From an uncultured Roseburia sp. (GTDB taxonomy: Bacteria > Bacillota > Clostridia > Lachnospirales > Lachnospiraceae), in assembly GCA_964445375.1 (NCBI GenBank), contig CAYUKO010000001.1, positions 9,302-73,301 on the forward strand: DNA of 64,000 nucleotides, given 5' to 3'. Positions 20,726 through 29,551 of this stretch are shown piece by piece. A model generated the notes under the pieces. The model was given only the letters and a program-made list of their open reading frames with translations, made no database searches and was not told where the DNA came from. The position numbers and the translations under genes are program-made. Positions within the stretch are counted from its first letter, which is position 1; each line of letters opens with the position of its first letter.

Positions 20726-22449
20726 GCTAGTCCTCCCTTACTAAAGCCGTACCACATCACGATGCCTACTGAAATGACAGAAACCAGTTCTGCCACTCTC
20801 CAATACCAAGGCTCCAAAAACGCTACCTTAATATCACAATCCATACCCGCATCCAATTCTACGCTTACTACATTGTTCTGTCCGGCTGAAATCTCCATTG
20901 GAAGGCATGTACCGTCTGCCAATGTTGCCGTTGCCTGATAACCATCATAATACAAAAGAGGTAACTCTACGCATCCTGTATTCTCTTTGGTATTCTTACC
21001 ATGGAATTCTATGGTTGTTCCTGTCTTCGTATAATCAGACACTTCTATACCTTCTGTAATAGCAAGATTGTCCTTCGTTAAATCATCTAACACTGTATTA
21101 ACAAGTAAATATTCTTCTCCGGATGCAACAAAGCTATCCATATCGGCAGCAGAATGAATCTGGATACGCTCGCCACGATTGAACAGATCTACCATAAAAT
21201 ATCCTGCTGATGGGGACATCACAAGCATGACGCATGCTGCCAATACGACAGCTTTCTTCTGCCCATACTGCTTCCATATATAAGAAACAACTGCACACCA
21301 AAGTAATGCAAGCACTGCAGTCGCAACTCCGGTAAAACGCCATGGAAACTGAATCTTAACAATCACATACTGAAAAATCTTTGCAACTCTGCATAAAAAA
21401 TCCCATGGGAAATAAATCGTACTCATCCCCACCATTGCCAAACCAAACAAGGCAGCCGTCATTGCAATTCTTTGATTTCTCTTTTCCTCCTTTGTTCGAT
21501 AGCCAAGGAAAAACAAACCCAAAAACGCCGGTACAGCGAGTATAAGTCCAAGTCCTGCTCCCTGTGCAAAATCGCCCTGTGTTCCTGCACTCAAATCAAG
21601 ACTTTGTCCGATAGCATTATCAAACAAAGCAAATACCTGCGATAAAAATACACCCTGACGTTGAATCAGTATATCATTATTGCGAATACTGTTTATGTTG
21701 AATTCTCCACACAACATATAGTCCAGAAATGGCACTAAAAACCATGCACTTAAACCAACTGCAACAGCTACTGCCTTTCCCCCTGCAAGCAGGACTTCTT
21801 TACAGAACACTCGCTTACAGTAAAGAACAACAACTCCTACAAGTACCATGCATGCAATTTCCGCTGTCAGTATATGACTCTGTAAGATACATGCCATACT
21901 AACTCCTAGAATAATTGAACCTTTTTTCAGATTTTCCTTCTTTTTCTCCTCATCAAGCAGCAATACACATGCATAGATCAAAAGAGGCAGGAACATCATT
22001 CCCGTATATTCGCCTACTGCACCTCTCGTATAGAGATTGACAAGGTGATAGGCAGACATACTATATAAGAAACCTCCAAATACTCCTATATATTCGTTCT
22101 TGAAAATCTTGCCAAAGCTATAGCCTGCAATTGTTATCGTTGCTATATTGCAGATAATAACATAGCCTTTATAAGCATTTTGCAGGGAAAAGCCAAGCAG
22201 TCTTAAAATAGCTGCCAGATATACAAATAAATCGCCATAAAATACGGACACCGAATATCCATAATCATCATACCAAACCGGCTGAATCTTAACCGGGAAC
22301 TGTCCATTTCTCATCCCTTGTGCCAATCCTTCGATACGCATCAAATGAAAATAAATATCATGGCCACGAATGAGGAAGTCATTCATGACCGGAATAGATA
22401 CTGCTATGATAAAAATGATATATAATAAAATACACTTCTTGTTTTTCAT
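20701..22449 (-). CDS. YfhO/PTPS-related GT-C-type membrane glycosyltransferase
   Basis: GHDIYFHLMRIEGL, FYGDLF, NLYTRGAVGEY, QFPWRF, C-terminal extracellular domain with LPLLYYDGY. Confidence 0.75.
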   Translation of the reverse strand: MKNKKCILLYIIFIIAVSIPVMNDFLIRGHDIYFHLMRIEGLAQGMRNGQFPVKIQPVWYDDYGYSVSVFYGDLFVYLAAILRLLGFSLQNAYKGYVIICNIATITIAGYSFGKIFKNEYIGVFGGFLYSMSAYHLVNLYTRGAVGEYTGMMFLPLLIYACVLLLDEEKKKENLKKGSIILGVSMACILQSHILTAEIACMVLVGVVVLYCKRVFCKEVLLAGGKAVAVAVGLSAWFLVPFLDYMLCGEFNINSIRNNDILIQRQGVFLSQVFALFDNAIGQSLDLSAGTQGDFAQGAGLGLILAVPAFLGLFFLGYRTKEEKRNQRIAMTAALFGLAMVGMSTIYFPWDFLCRVAKIFQYVIVKIQFPWRFTGVATAVLALLWCAVVSYIWKQYGQKKAVVLAACVMLVMSPSAGYFMVDLFNRGERIQIHSAADMDSFVASGEEYLLVNTVLDDLTKDNLAITEGIEVSDYTKTGTTIEFHGKNTKENTGCVELPLLYYDGYQATATLADGTCLPMEISAGQNNVVSVELDAGMDCDIKVAFLEPWYWRVAELVSVISVGIVMWYGFSKGGLAWKRKQKE

Positions 22450-22461
22450 TGTCTTATTCTC

Positions 22462-23418
22462 TTATTGTTTTCTCATGCGCTGGATTCTGGCATTTACAAA
22501 GCATTTTACTGTTTCCTTCTGCTCTGCAAACCACTTCTTCCAATACATTCCGCTGTCAATTCCAAGTGTCTTTGCTTCCTGTAATCCCTTGTGATACTTA
22601 ATCACAAACTGCTCCGTAAAATAGGCTCTACAATTTGCACTCTCCTGCAAATGATACTTTGTATACATATAACGATAATCGTTATAAATACGCATGTCCT
22701 TCTCTGCAAAGGTTTCTGTATACTGATTCTCATGAACACCAACGCAAATAAGCGGTTGGGTAGTATATGCAAACTTTTCGCTCTTTCTAAGCAGTTCAAA
22801 ATACAAAAACATGTCCGATGCCCAATTACTCTTCTCATCAAAAAGGGAAAGTTCCTTGCCCCTTCGATAAATACTCGCACTTGGCGTTCCTATCTCATTG
22901 CCAAGGAACAGATTTCGATAATCCTGTTCCAGTCTGGTGATAAATTCTGCCGATGCATGACGATCATAAGAGTCCTTTACATTCTCTTTGGTAAGATGCT
23001 TTACCCCTTCTGCATCAGAACCAGCCAGCATGACCTGTCTGCTGCCGCAAAATGCAAGCATAGCATCCGGATTCTCGTCCAGCATAGCAACAAATGCGCC
23101 AAGACTCTTACTATCCGTAAACCAGTCATCACTGAACATGATCTTAATATACTCTCCGGTTGCCATCTTAACAGCAGCATTCCAGTTGATAATATGCCCT
23201 AATCGCTTTTCATTATGAACATATCGGATTTGTTCTGTGCCATACTGTTTCTGATAGCCCTTTACCACCATTGCAATTTCTTCATTCGTGGAGTCATCTG
23301 ATATATTTATTTCAAAATCTTTGTATTCCTGCTCATATATGGACTCTAACAAATGCTTCACCTCATCTGCATTGTTGTATGACGGAATACATATTGATAC
23401 CTTTGGCATGTTTCTCAT
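22462..23418 (-). CDS. GT2 glycosyltransferase
   Basis: KVSICIPSYN, ISDDS, MFSDDW, ASDMFLY; ATGA overlap with the upstream stop. Confidence 0.88.
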   Translation of the reverse strand: MRNMPKVSICIPSYNNADEVKHLLESIYEQEYKDFEINISDDSTNEEIAMVVKGYQKQYGTEQIRYVHNEKRLGHIINWNAAVKMATGEYIKIMFSDDWFTDSKSLGAFVAMLDENPDAMLAFCGSRQVMLAGSDAEGVKHLTKENVKDSYDRHASAEFITRLEQDYRNLFLGNEIGTPSASIYRRGKELSLFDEKSNWASDMFLYFELLRKSEKFAYTTQPLICVGVHENQYTETFAEKDMRIYNDYRYMYTKYHLQESANCRAYFTEQFVIKYHKGLQEAKTLGIDSGMYWKKWFAEQKETVKCFVNARIQRMRKQ

Positions 23419-24242
23419 CCTTTTAGCTTATTCATTACGCGGTATACCAATTTTCCAAGCTTACTTCTGCGCCATTTCAATTCCTTTAACGATTCCACAT
23501 TCATTCTATGAGAGTCAATAATCTGTGGAAATGTACTTCTTTCTTCCACATCTTTCTCATAATGATTTACTAATCCGAACTGCGATGGATCTCGAAAACG
23601 CTTTAGCTTGTACTTTTTTATCATCAATGACCATACTGCCTGATCATGTCTGTGTACTACAAAATCATCATAATCAGGCTGCCCTAATGTATTTTCCTTC
23701 TCAGTTATGATTCTTGGATCCTGCGCATATTCCAGGTCTTCCCTTAAAAACTTTTCCACAAAAGGAGACTTTTTCATGACTACATATCCACCAATTGACT
23801 GTGGTGTATCGGTATATTCTGTGGAATCACATCCCATCAGAATAAGAGCATCTCTTTTATTGTATTTTCTCTCCAGCATCTCAAGTTCAAGCGAAAATAC
23901 CATCAAATCAACCTGTTCCTTTTCCATACAGTCAATCAGATATTGAATCTTATTCACATACACGGAACCTGCATCCGTATAAATAAGGTAATCGCCTTCC
24001 TTCAATTCCTGATATGCTTTATTTAGGAAATAAGGTTTCCAGAGATAATAGCCATTGCCCTTCTTAGCCGATAAAATCTCTTTATTCTTCTCCTTAAATT
24101 CCTCATCCATATCCTTTGGCGTATAACCGATTACCTTATCTGCACCCCATTGAAGAGCCGTTTCCAGATTCAGCTTCTGTGCTTTTTGAAAGCCTTCATT
24201 TGCATAGTTAATTGCAATAATCATTCTTCTATCCTCTGCCAA
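23415..24242 (-). CDS. Uncharacterised GT-A-like protein (GYxxWKP...DAG...HRHDQ family)
   Basis: KGNGYYLWKPY, LIYTDAG (DxD-like), HRHDQAVWS motifs; glycosyltransferase context. Confidence 0.6.
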   Translation of the reverse strand: MAEDRRMIIAINYANEGFQKAQKLNLETALQWGADKVIGYTPKDMDEEFKEKNKEILSAKKGNGYYLWKPYFLNKAYQELKEGDYLIYTDAGSVYVNKIQYLIDCMEKEQVDLMVFSLELEMLERKYNKRDALILMGCDSTEYTDTPQSIGGYVVMKKSPFVEKFLREDLEYAQDPRIITEKENTLGQPDYDDFVVHRHDQAVWSLMIKKYKLKRFRDPSQFGLVNHYEKDVEERSTFPQIIDSHRMNVESLKELKWRRSKLGKLVYRVMNKLKG

Positions 24243-25182
24243 TCAGCTTTTTAACCAGTCTCTTTAGCCCAACCTCAACCTGATAACACACATTCTTACA
24301 CGTTACCTTGATGTGTCTCAATGTCTTCTCGACTGGCTTTTCTTCTTGCATAATCAGATAAGAAAGCTCTTTCTGATTCTCTCTGATATAAACCGGGAAA
24401 CTCTCATCTATCTCACAACGAATGAACTTTGCATCCCTTCCGAAGATATCCTTACCATCCTTAATCTGGTCTGTTACATTGGACAAGACATGCCTGGAAT
24501 TATACTCCTGATGCGCAGCAGAAATTACCTTCTCTTGCACACGCTTCTTGATATCCTTTTCTCCTTTGCCACCCATGTAGCCAAAGTGCCAGCCGCCGTC
24601 TTCCACACGAATACCGATTTCCTTACGCTCAGGGAAACGAAGTTCTCCAAGCTGTAAGTTCTGCTCACGAAGAAGCTTATAGCTGCACATCTTCGTTCCT
24701 ATCCACTTCTTTCGCTCTACACCTTCAAATTCCCCTGCATAAGACAAAAGATTGCCAGATACTTCTTCCATATTGAGATAACAGTAGAATAAACGCTGCG
24801 CAAAATGATAAATCTTATCCTCTTGAAAATCCTTTAAAATTTCTTTGATTTTCTCTGGATTTGGGATTTCGTCTAAATCACTGAAAATGATAATATCATC
24901 ATCCGTACAGTCCTTTAATCCTCTTGTTACCGCATTTTTCTGGAATGTATCGCGGTCATGGGTATCGCCTTGTGGTGTATCATCCACAACGACATGAATA
25001 ATCTTGTCGGCAAATTCTGCAAACATTTCCTTATTTTCTTCATAATAAAGAGGCTTCTTAAGTCCTGAAAAAGTCTCTGTTGCCTCGCTGATAACGAACT
25101 TATCAACAATAGGACTCATAACATGAAGCCTGATTTTAAGCATATCTAATTCATTAAAAAATTGAAAACAATCGTATACCAT
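24229..25182 (-). CDS. GT17-like (MGAT3/beta-1,4-GlcNAc-transferase-like) glycosyltransferase
   Basis: YDCFQFFNELDMLKIRL, FVISEATETFSG, FSDLDEIP, GGWHFGY. Confidence 0.82.
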   Translation of the reverse strand: MVYDCFQFFNELDMLKIRLHVMSPIVDKFVISEATETFSGLKKPLYYEENKEMFAEFADKIIHVVVDDTPQGDTHDRDTFQKNAVTRGLKDCTDDDIIIFSDLDEIPNPEKIKEILKDFQEDKIYHFAQRLFYCYLNMEEVSGNLLSYAGEFEGVERKKWIGTKMCSYKLLREQNLQLGELRFPERKEIGIRVEDGGWHFGYMGGKGEKDIKKRVQEKVISAAHQEYNSRHVLSNVTDQIKDGKDIFGRDAKFIRCEIDESFPVYIRENQKELSYLIMQEEKPVEKTLRHIKVTCKNVCYQVEVGLKRLVKKLIGRG

Positions 25183-25186
25183 CTGA

Positions 25187-25942
25187 TTATCCCCTTCGTA
25201 ATATTTTCCTTGCGACTGCTTTACAGCGCTCCTTTATGGTCGGTTTGATAAAATTCGGATACTGTGCATTGGTTCCTTCCCATTTATGAAAAGCAAACGG
25301 AGTAATTCCCTGCACTTCGGGGATCATCTGCTCATGGCTGTAATACTTTGCTATTTCAAGTGGAGCAATCTGCATTCCTTCTGCTTCTAACAAGTGTCTT
25401 ATCTTGCAGCAGATAAATCCGTCCTCATAGAACCACATCTTTCCATAGGCATATTCTCCCTCCCATGGAACATTCGCAATTTTGGGAAAATCCATCAAGC
25501 GCTTACTACGAATTCCCGCGCTGTTTCCAACACGGCAGATATTTCCATGGATATCACGATAAGTCGTGGTATCTCCATCCTTTGGCAACGGCCATGGTGC
25601 GCCAATGTAATCATAGTCTAAGAACTCATCCCGCCACATTTCCGGATGCACAACAAAACCATCTGCATGAACAATCAAAGCATAATCGGTCTTGATATGA
25701 TCTCCTAGTTCATATACCATTTTGTAATTAAAATCATCTATGTTCGTCAGCTTACTTGTATGACTGTAACGTATGGACTTTGGCAAGCCAAAAGGCTTCT
25801 TATGTGTAATCAATACGGCATCACCAAAATCAATGCCACGCATGCTGTATTCCATTGCCTGAATCGTTGCCTTTACATTCACACTTGTCATTGCTACAAG
25901 TGTTACCTGTGGAAGCTGTAGTTTTTGTTTATTTTCTTTCAT
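25187..25942 (-). CDS. DUF5672-family GT-A-like protein
   Basis: LIVHADGFV, FLDYDYIGAPWP, VGNS...RSKRL, EDGFIC, PFAFH. Confidence 0.78.
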   Translation of the reverse strand: MKENKQKLQLPQVTLVAMTSVNVKATIQAMEYSMRGIDFGDAVLITHKKPFGLPKSIRYSHTSKLTNIDDFNYKMVYELGDHIKTDYALIVHADGFVVHPEMWRDEFLDYDYIGAPWPLPKDGDTTTYRDIHGNICRVGNSAGIRSKRLMDFPKIANVPWEGEYAYGKMWFYEDGFICCKIRHLLEAEGMQIAPLEIAKYYSHEQMIPEVQGITPFAFHKWEGTNAQYPNFIKPTIKERCKAVARKILRRG

Positions 25943-25972
25943 CCTACTAATTTATCCTTTAAATTTATATCT

Positions 25973-27559
25973 CTATTCTGCTAAATCAACATTCATTTGT
26001 TCTATGATACACTCGTGTTTCTTCGCATCTTTATCATAGTTAATACCTACTAAGAGTAAATTGCCCTTATATTCCAAAAGACTCTCTGTATATTTCTTAT
26101 CCTTTATCTGGGCAATTGCTCCCTGCACACTCTTATCATATTTTAATTCTATTACCATTGCAGGCTTATCTGCTGCTTTTGCTTTCGGGATAAATACAAT
26201 ATCAGCATAGCCTTTTCCTGTGGGCAGTTCACGAAATACAGAATAATACTCTCTTGCTGCATAAAATGCCAGTGAAATCGTATAACTGAGTGCATTCTCA
26301 TCATTATATGTCAAAATAGAAGTCTCATAATGTGCCTTTTCCACACCCTTTGCAACCGCATTGGCATCCATTGCCCATGCGCTCTTCAACAAAGCTTCCG
26401 ATTCCTTTACGGAACGGATGATTTCTCCCCATGAAGTATTCCTGATTGCTGTAATAAACTCTTTCGAAATCTCTTTATTCGGAATATAGACTTCTTCCTT
26501 TTCCCAATCATAGGCAAGGTAGCCCAAATGAACAAGCAAGGTCAGAACATCTTCATAATTATGGAATGTTGTCATATCGTTGACAAAGCTTCTTACATCA
26601 ATCTGTACATGTTCTCCTGCAAGCATTCGTATGATAGCATCCTTCAATCCATCATAATTCATATCAATATATGTTCGTAATGCTTCAAATGTCTCGGTCT
26701 GATTCCAGTAAGTATCAAAAGCATTCGCAAGCATTGCCCCCACAACTGACCTCGGATTATAAATGGATGCAACCTTCCCCAGATGATAACCATCATACCA
26801 AGTCTTTGTATCTTCAAAGCTCATTTCATATCGCTCGCACAACCCTTTTACTTCCTTTTCATTGAAGCCAAAATATCCGGCAAGCTGTCCTGCATTTGTC
26901 ATAGAGTATTCCGTAAACATATTCAATGCAGAATGTGTTCCATATTTCTTGATTGGCAGGATTCCTGTCATATAGGCAAGAGAGATGTATTCTTTATCTT
27001 TAAGCCAATTACGCAGAAAATCAAGATATTTTCCCTGTTCTTCCTTTTTGTCCTTGTATTCTCGGAAGATGCAGTCCCATTCGTCTACTAATATAACAAA
27101 ATATCTTTCATTTCTTCTATAAACATCCTGCATAACCCAAGACAACGAACTTTCATTTGTCTCATCTACGATATCCGGATATTTCTCTTTGAATTCTTTT
27201 ATCACTCTTATTTCGAGCTGTTTTAACAATTCCTCAGAAGAATACGTTCTTCCAATGAATTCCGTCATATTAATACGAATCACATCATATTGATTCAAAT
27301 GCTTCTTATAGCTCTTAGCCTTGCCAATTTCCAAATCTTTAAATAACTGATCCGAATCACTTTCTGCGTTATAATAAGCTGACAGCATTTTAATAGCCAT
27401 CGACTTACCAAATCTTCTCGGTCGGCTGACACAGACAAATCTTTGTTCTGTATTTATCAAACGGTTCAACTGCTCGATAAGTCCTGTTTTGTCAACATAT
27501 ATCTCTGAATTAAGACTGTCTTGAAAACCTTTTGTCGTTGGATTTAAATAATATCCCAT
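25973..27559 (-). CDS. Predicted AAA-ATPase with C-terminal PD-(D/E)XK nuclease domain
   Basis: YVDKT, SRPRRFGKS (Walker A), VILVDEWD (Walker B), YNPRSV, C-terminal RELPTGKGYADIV...VIELKY...QI...Y. Confidence 0.9.
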   Translation of the reverse strand: MGYYLNPTTKGFQDSLNSEIYVDKTGLIEQLNRLINTEQRFVCVSRPRRFGKSMAIKMLSAYYNAESDSDQLFKDLEIGKAKSYKKHLNQYDVIRINMTEFIGRTYSSEELLKQLEIRVIKEFKEKYPDIVDETNESSLSWVMQDVYRRNERYFVILVDEWDCIFREYKDKKEEQGKYLDFLRNWLKDKEYISLAYMTGILPIKKYGTHSALNMFTEYSMTNAGQLAGYFGFNEKEVKGLCERYEMSFEDTKTWYDGYHLGKVASIYNPRSVVGAMLANAFDTYWNQTETFEALRTYIDMNYDGLKDAIIRMLAGEHVQIDVRSFVNDMTTFHNYEDVLTLLVHLGYLAYDWEKEEVYIPNKEISKEFITAIRNTSWGEIIRSVKESEALLKSAWAMDANAVAKGVEKAHYETSILTYNDENALSYTISLAFYAAREYYSVFRELPTGKGYADIVFIPKAKAADKPAMVIELKYDKSVQGAIAQIKDKKYTESLLEYKGNLLLVGINYDKDAKKHECIIEQMNVDLAE

Positions 27560-27578
27560 AGTCTGTGTCTCCTCCCTG

Positions 27579-28601
27579 TTATATTCCCATTCTACGCTTT
27601 AACGAACGTAACATTCTGAAAAATAAATCCTGATAAATCAAATACTTTGCATGGAGTCTTGCCGTTGCTAGCTGTGCTCCCTGCAATTTCTTCCCAATTT
27701 CTTTGTATCTCTTAGAATTCTTCTTATATTCTTCCAGTTCCTTGCGGCATTCCTGTGCCGTAAAGAGCTTTCCCTTTCTGTCCATATAGACAAAATCAGA
27801 ATAAATATTCTGCTCCGATGCCCAATAGCCATCGGACACATTATGTCTTGCCCAATACTTCGGTGCAATGACATACTTTACGGTCTCACTGGTAAAGGCC
27901 GGGAAAAATGCAAACGTGGAATTCGATAAAATAAGATACTGTGCATTCTTAATTGCCGTATAATCTCCTGCTAAATCAAAATGAAAAGCCGGAACCTCCG
28001 GTAGAATTCTTCTTGCTGCTTCTATGTCGTCTGTCACTACCATAAATTCCATGTCCGAGCGCTTGTTTTTCATGACTTTCATGGCATCCAGCCAGTATTT
28101 TCTTCTTAAGAACAGCTCAGGGTTGCTAGTGTATTCACCTCCACGGATGTTGATAATACACAGATTCTCTCTGGAATACTTATAATCATCATATTCCGGC
28201 TTTACCTTCATCCAATTCCTAATCTCTTCTCTATACTTTACAAAATAAGACTCATCCTGAAGATTACCATATACAAGTGTCGTTTCATCCAATTCAAAGA
28301 GCTTCTCATCTGCTCCCGTAATATAACAGCCATGTTCGATATCATGCTTGGAATTACCTAAAAAGATTCTGTCCTCTCTCTCCTGATAAACTTTCTTAAA
28401 ATCCTCTTTTGTAAGGTCTAATCCACAATCTAAGTCCATGAAATACATACCCTTATTACTATGGATGTTATTGGCAAGGATTTCACGGTTTAAGATGCTA
28501 AAATCCCATCCCTTTTCCAATGCCAGACATCTGGTCGCAATATAACAGAACAGCTGATTTCCCAGTCCCTGTCCTTTTAATAATTCGGTTGCCAATATCA
28601 T
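27579..28601 (-). CDS. Divergent GT11-like glycosyltransferase
   Basis: GQGLGNQL, YGNLQDESYF, INIRGGEY, VVTDD, LSNSTFAFF, APKYW. Confidence 0.8.
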   Translation of the reverse strand: MILATELLKGQGLGNQLFCYIATRCLALEKGWDFSILNREILANNIHSNKGMYFMDLDCGLDLTKEDFKKVYQEREDRIFLGNSKHDIEHGCYITGADEKLFELDETTLVYGNLQDESYFVKYREEIRNWMKVKPEYDDYKYSRENLCIINIRGGEYTSNPELFLRRKYWLDAMKVMKNKRSDMEFMVVTDDIEAARRILPEVPAFHFDLAGDYTAIKNAQYLILSNSTFAFFPAFTSETVKYVIAPKYWARHNVSDGYWASEQNIYSDFVYMDRKGKLFTAQECRKELEEYKKNSKRYKEIGKKLQGAQLATARLHAKYLIYQDLFFRMLRSLKRRMGI

Positions 28602-28618
28602 TTTTCAACCCTTCTTCT

Positions 28619-29524
28619 CTATTCTCCGACTTTTTCTGTTACTTTAGATAATTTTTGATATATTTCATCAACAATACTCTTATCGATTTTTTCATCAAAT
28701 TTTCTTGCAAACATTTCATCTGCGTGTAAAATTTCATCTAAGTCTTCACTTCGAAATACATAAGGTGTTCCTCGTTTCCAATCAATATAACGCATACATG
28801 CTTTATAGTTATCTTCGAAGTCTGATATATACAAATTATTCTTATATGGTGAATCCATAATCATTGTTTGCCATATTAATTCATCACTAATTTGAGTCAA
28901 ACGAAAAGCTTTGCTATATTTCTTCCACTTACAAACAACATACTGCGCGAACTGTTCTGTAATACTACACCAGTTTGCACCTCCGTAAAATTCAAAAGAA
29001 ACATTTCTAGTTCGATCAATGTTGAGTCTTCTTTGAATTGCAAGAGAATATGTTTCTAAATTGCGCCAAAACGGATCACGTTTTCTACCAAGTTGTTTCG
29101 AAAAGAAATGATAGGAAACATATCTACATGCTATATCCTGCTGGTACTGCTTTGTTCCAAAATGGATAAATTCCTTTCCTTGATTTGCATCAAAGAACTC
29201 ATGAATTTCTTGCTGTGTTTTTATTGGTAAATCTGCACCTGACAAAAAGTGGTAATAAGCATATTTACTCGTATTGACTGCCATTTTCAACAATTCAATT
29301 TCTGCTAATGAGATACTATTAGTTCCCCAAAATACCTTATATTTTTTTAGAATAACCACTTTCGACTTTTTTGCCCATCTTCTTATCTCCTCAACATTAA
29401 CAAATTTACTATTCTTATCAACATGAATAAATATATCATTATATTCATAATCCAATAATTGAATTAATCGTTTTAAAACAAATGTATTTTCATGAATTAA
29501 TAGCAAATAAGCATGTTTTAACAT
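28619..29524 (-). CDS. GT14 (core-2/I-branching beta-1,6-GlcNAc-transferase-like) glycosyltransferase
   Basis: HAYLLLIH, IFIHVDK, HFLSGADLPIK, GANWCSIT, SDEL, RYIDW, FARKFD. Confidence 0.87.
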   Translation of the reverse strand: MLKHAYLLLIHENTFVLKRLIQLLDYEYNDIFIHVDKNSKFVNVEEIRRWAKKSKVVILKKYKVFWGTNSISLAEIELLKMAVNTSKYAYYHFLSGADLPIKTQQEIHEFFDANQGKEFIHFGTKQYQQDIACRYVSYHFFSKQLGRKRDPFWRNLETYSLAIQRRLNIDRTRNVSFEFYGGANWCSITEQFAQYVVCKWKKYSKAFRLTQISDELIWQTMIMDSPYKNNLYISDFEDNYKACMRYIDWKRGTPYVFRSEDLDEILHADEMFARKFDEKIDKSIVDEIYQKLSKVTEKVGE

Positions 29525-29551
29525 TTATATTACCTCTTTTTGCTTAAAAGT

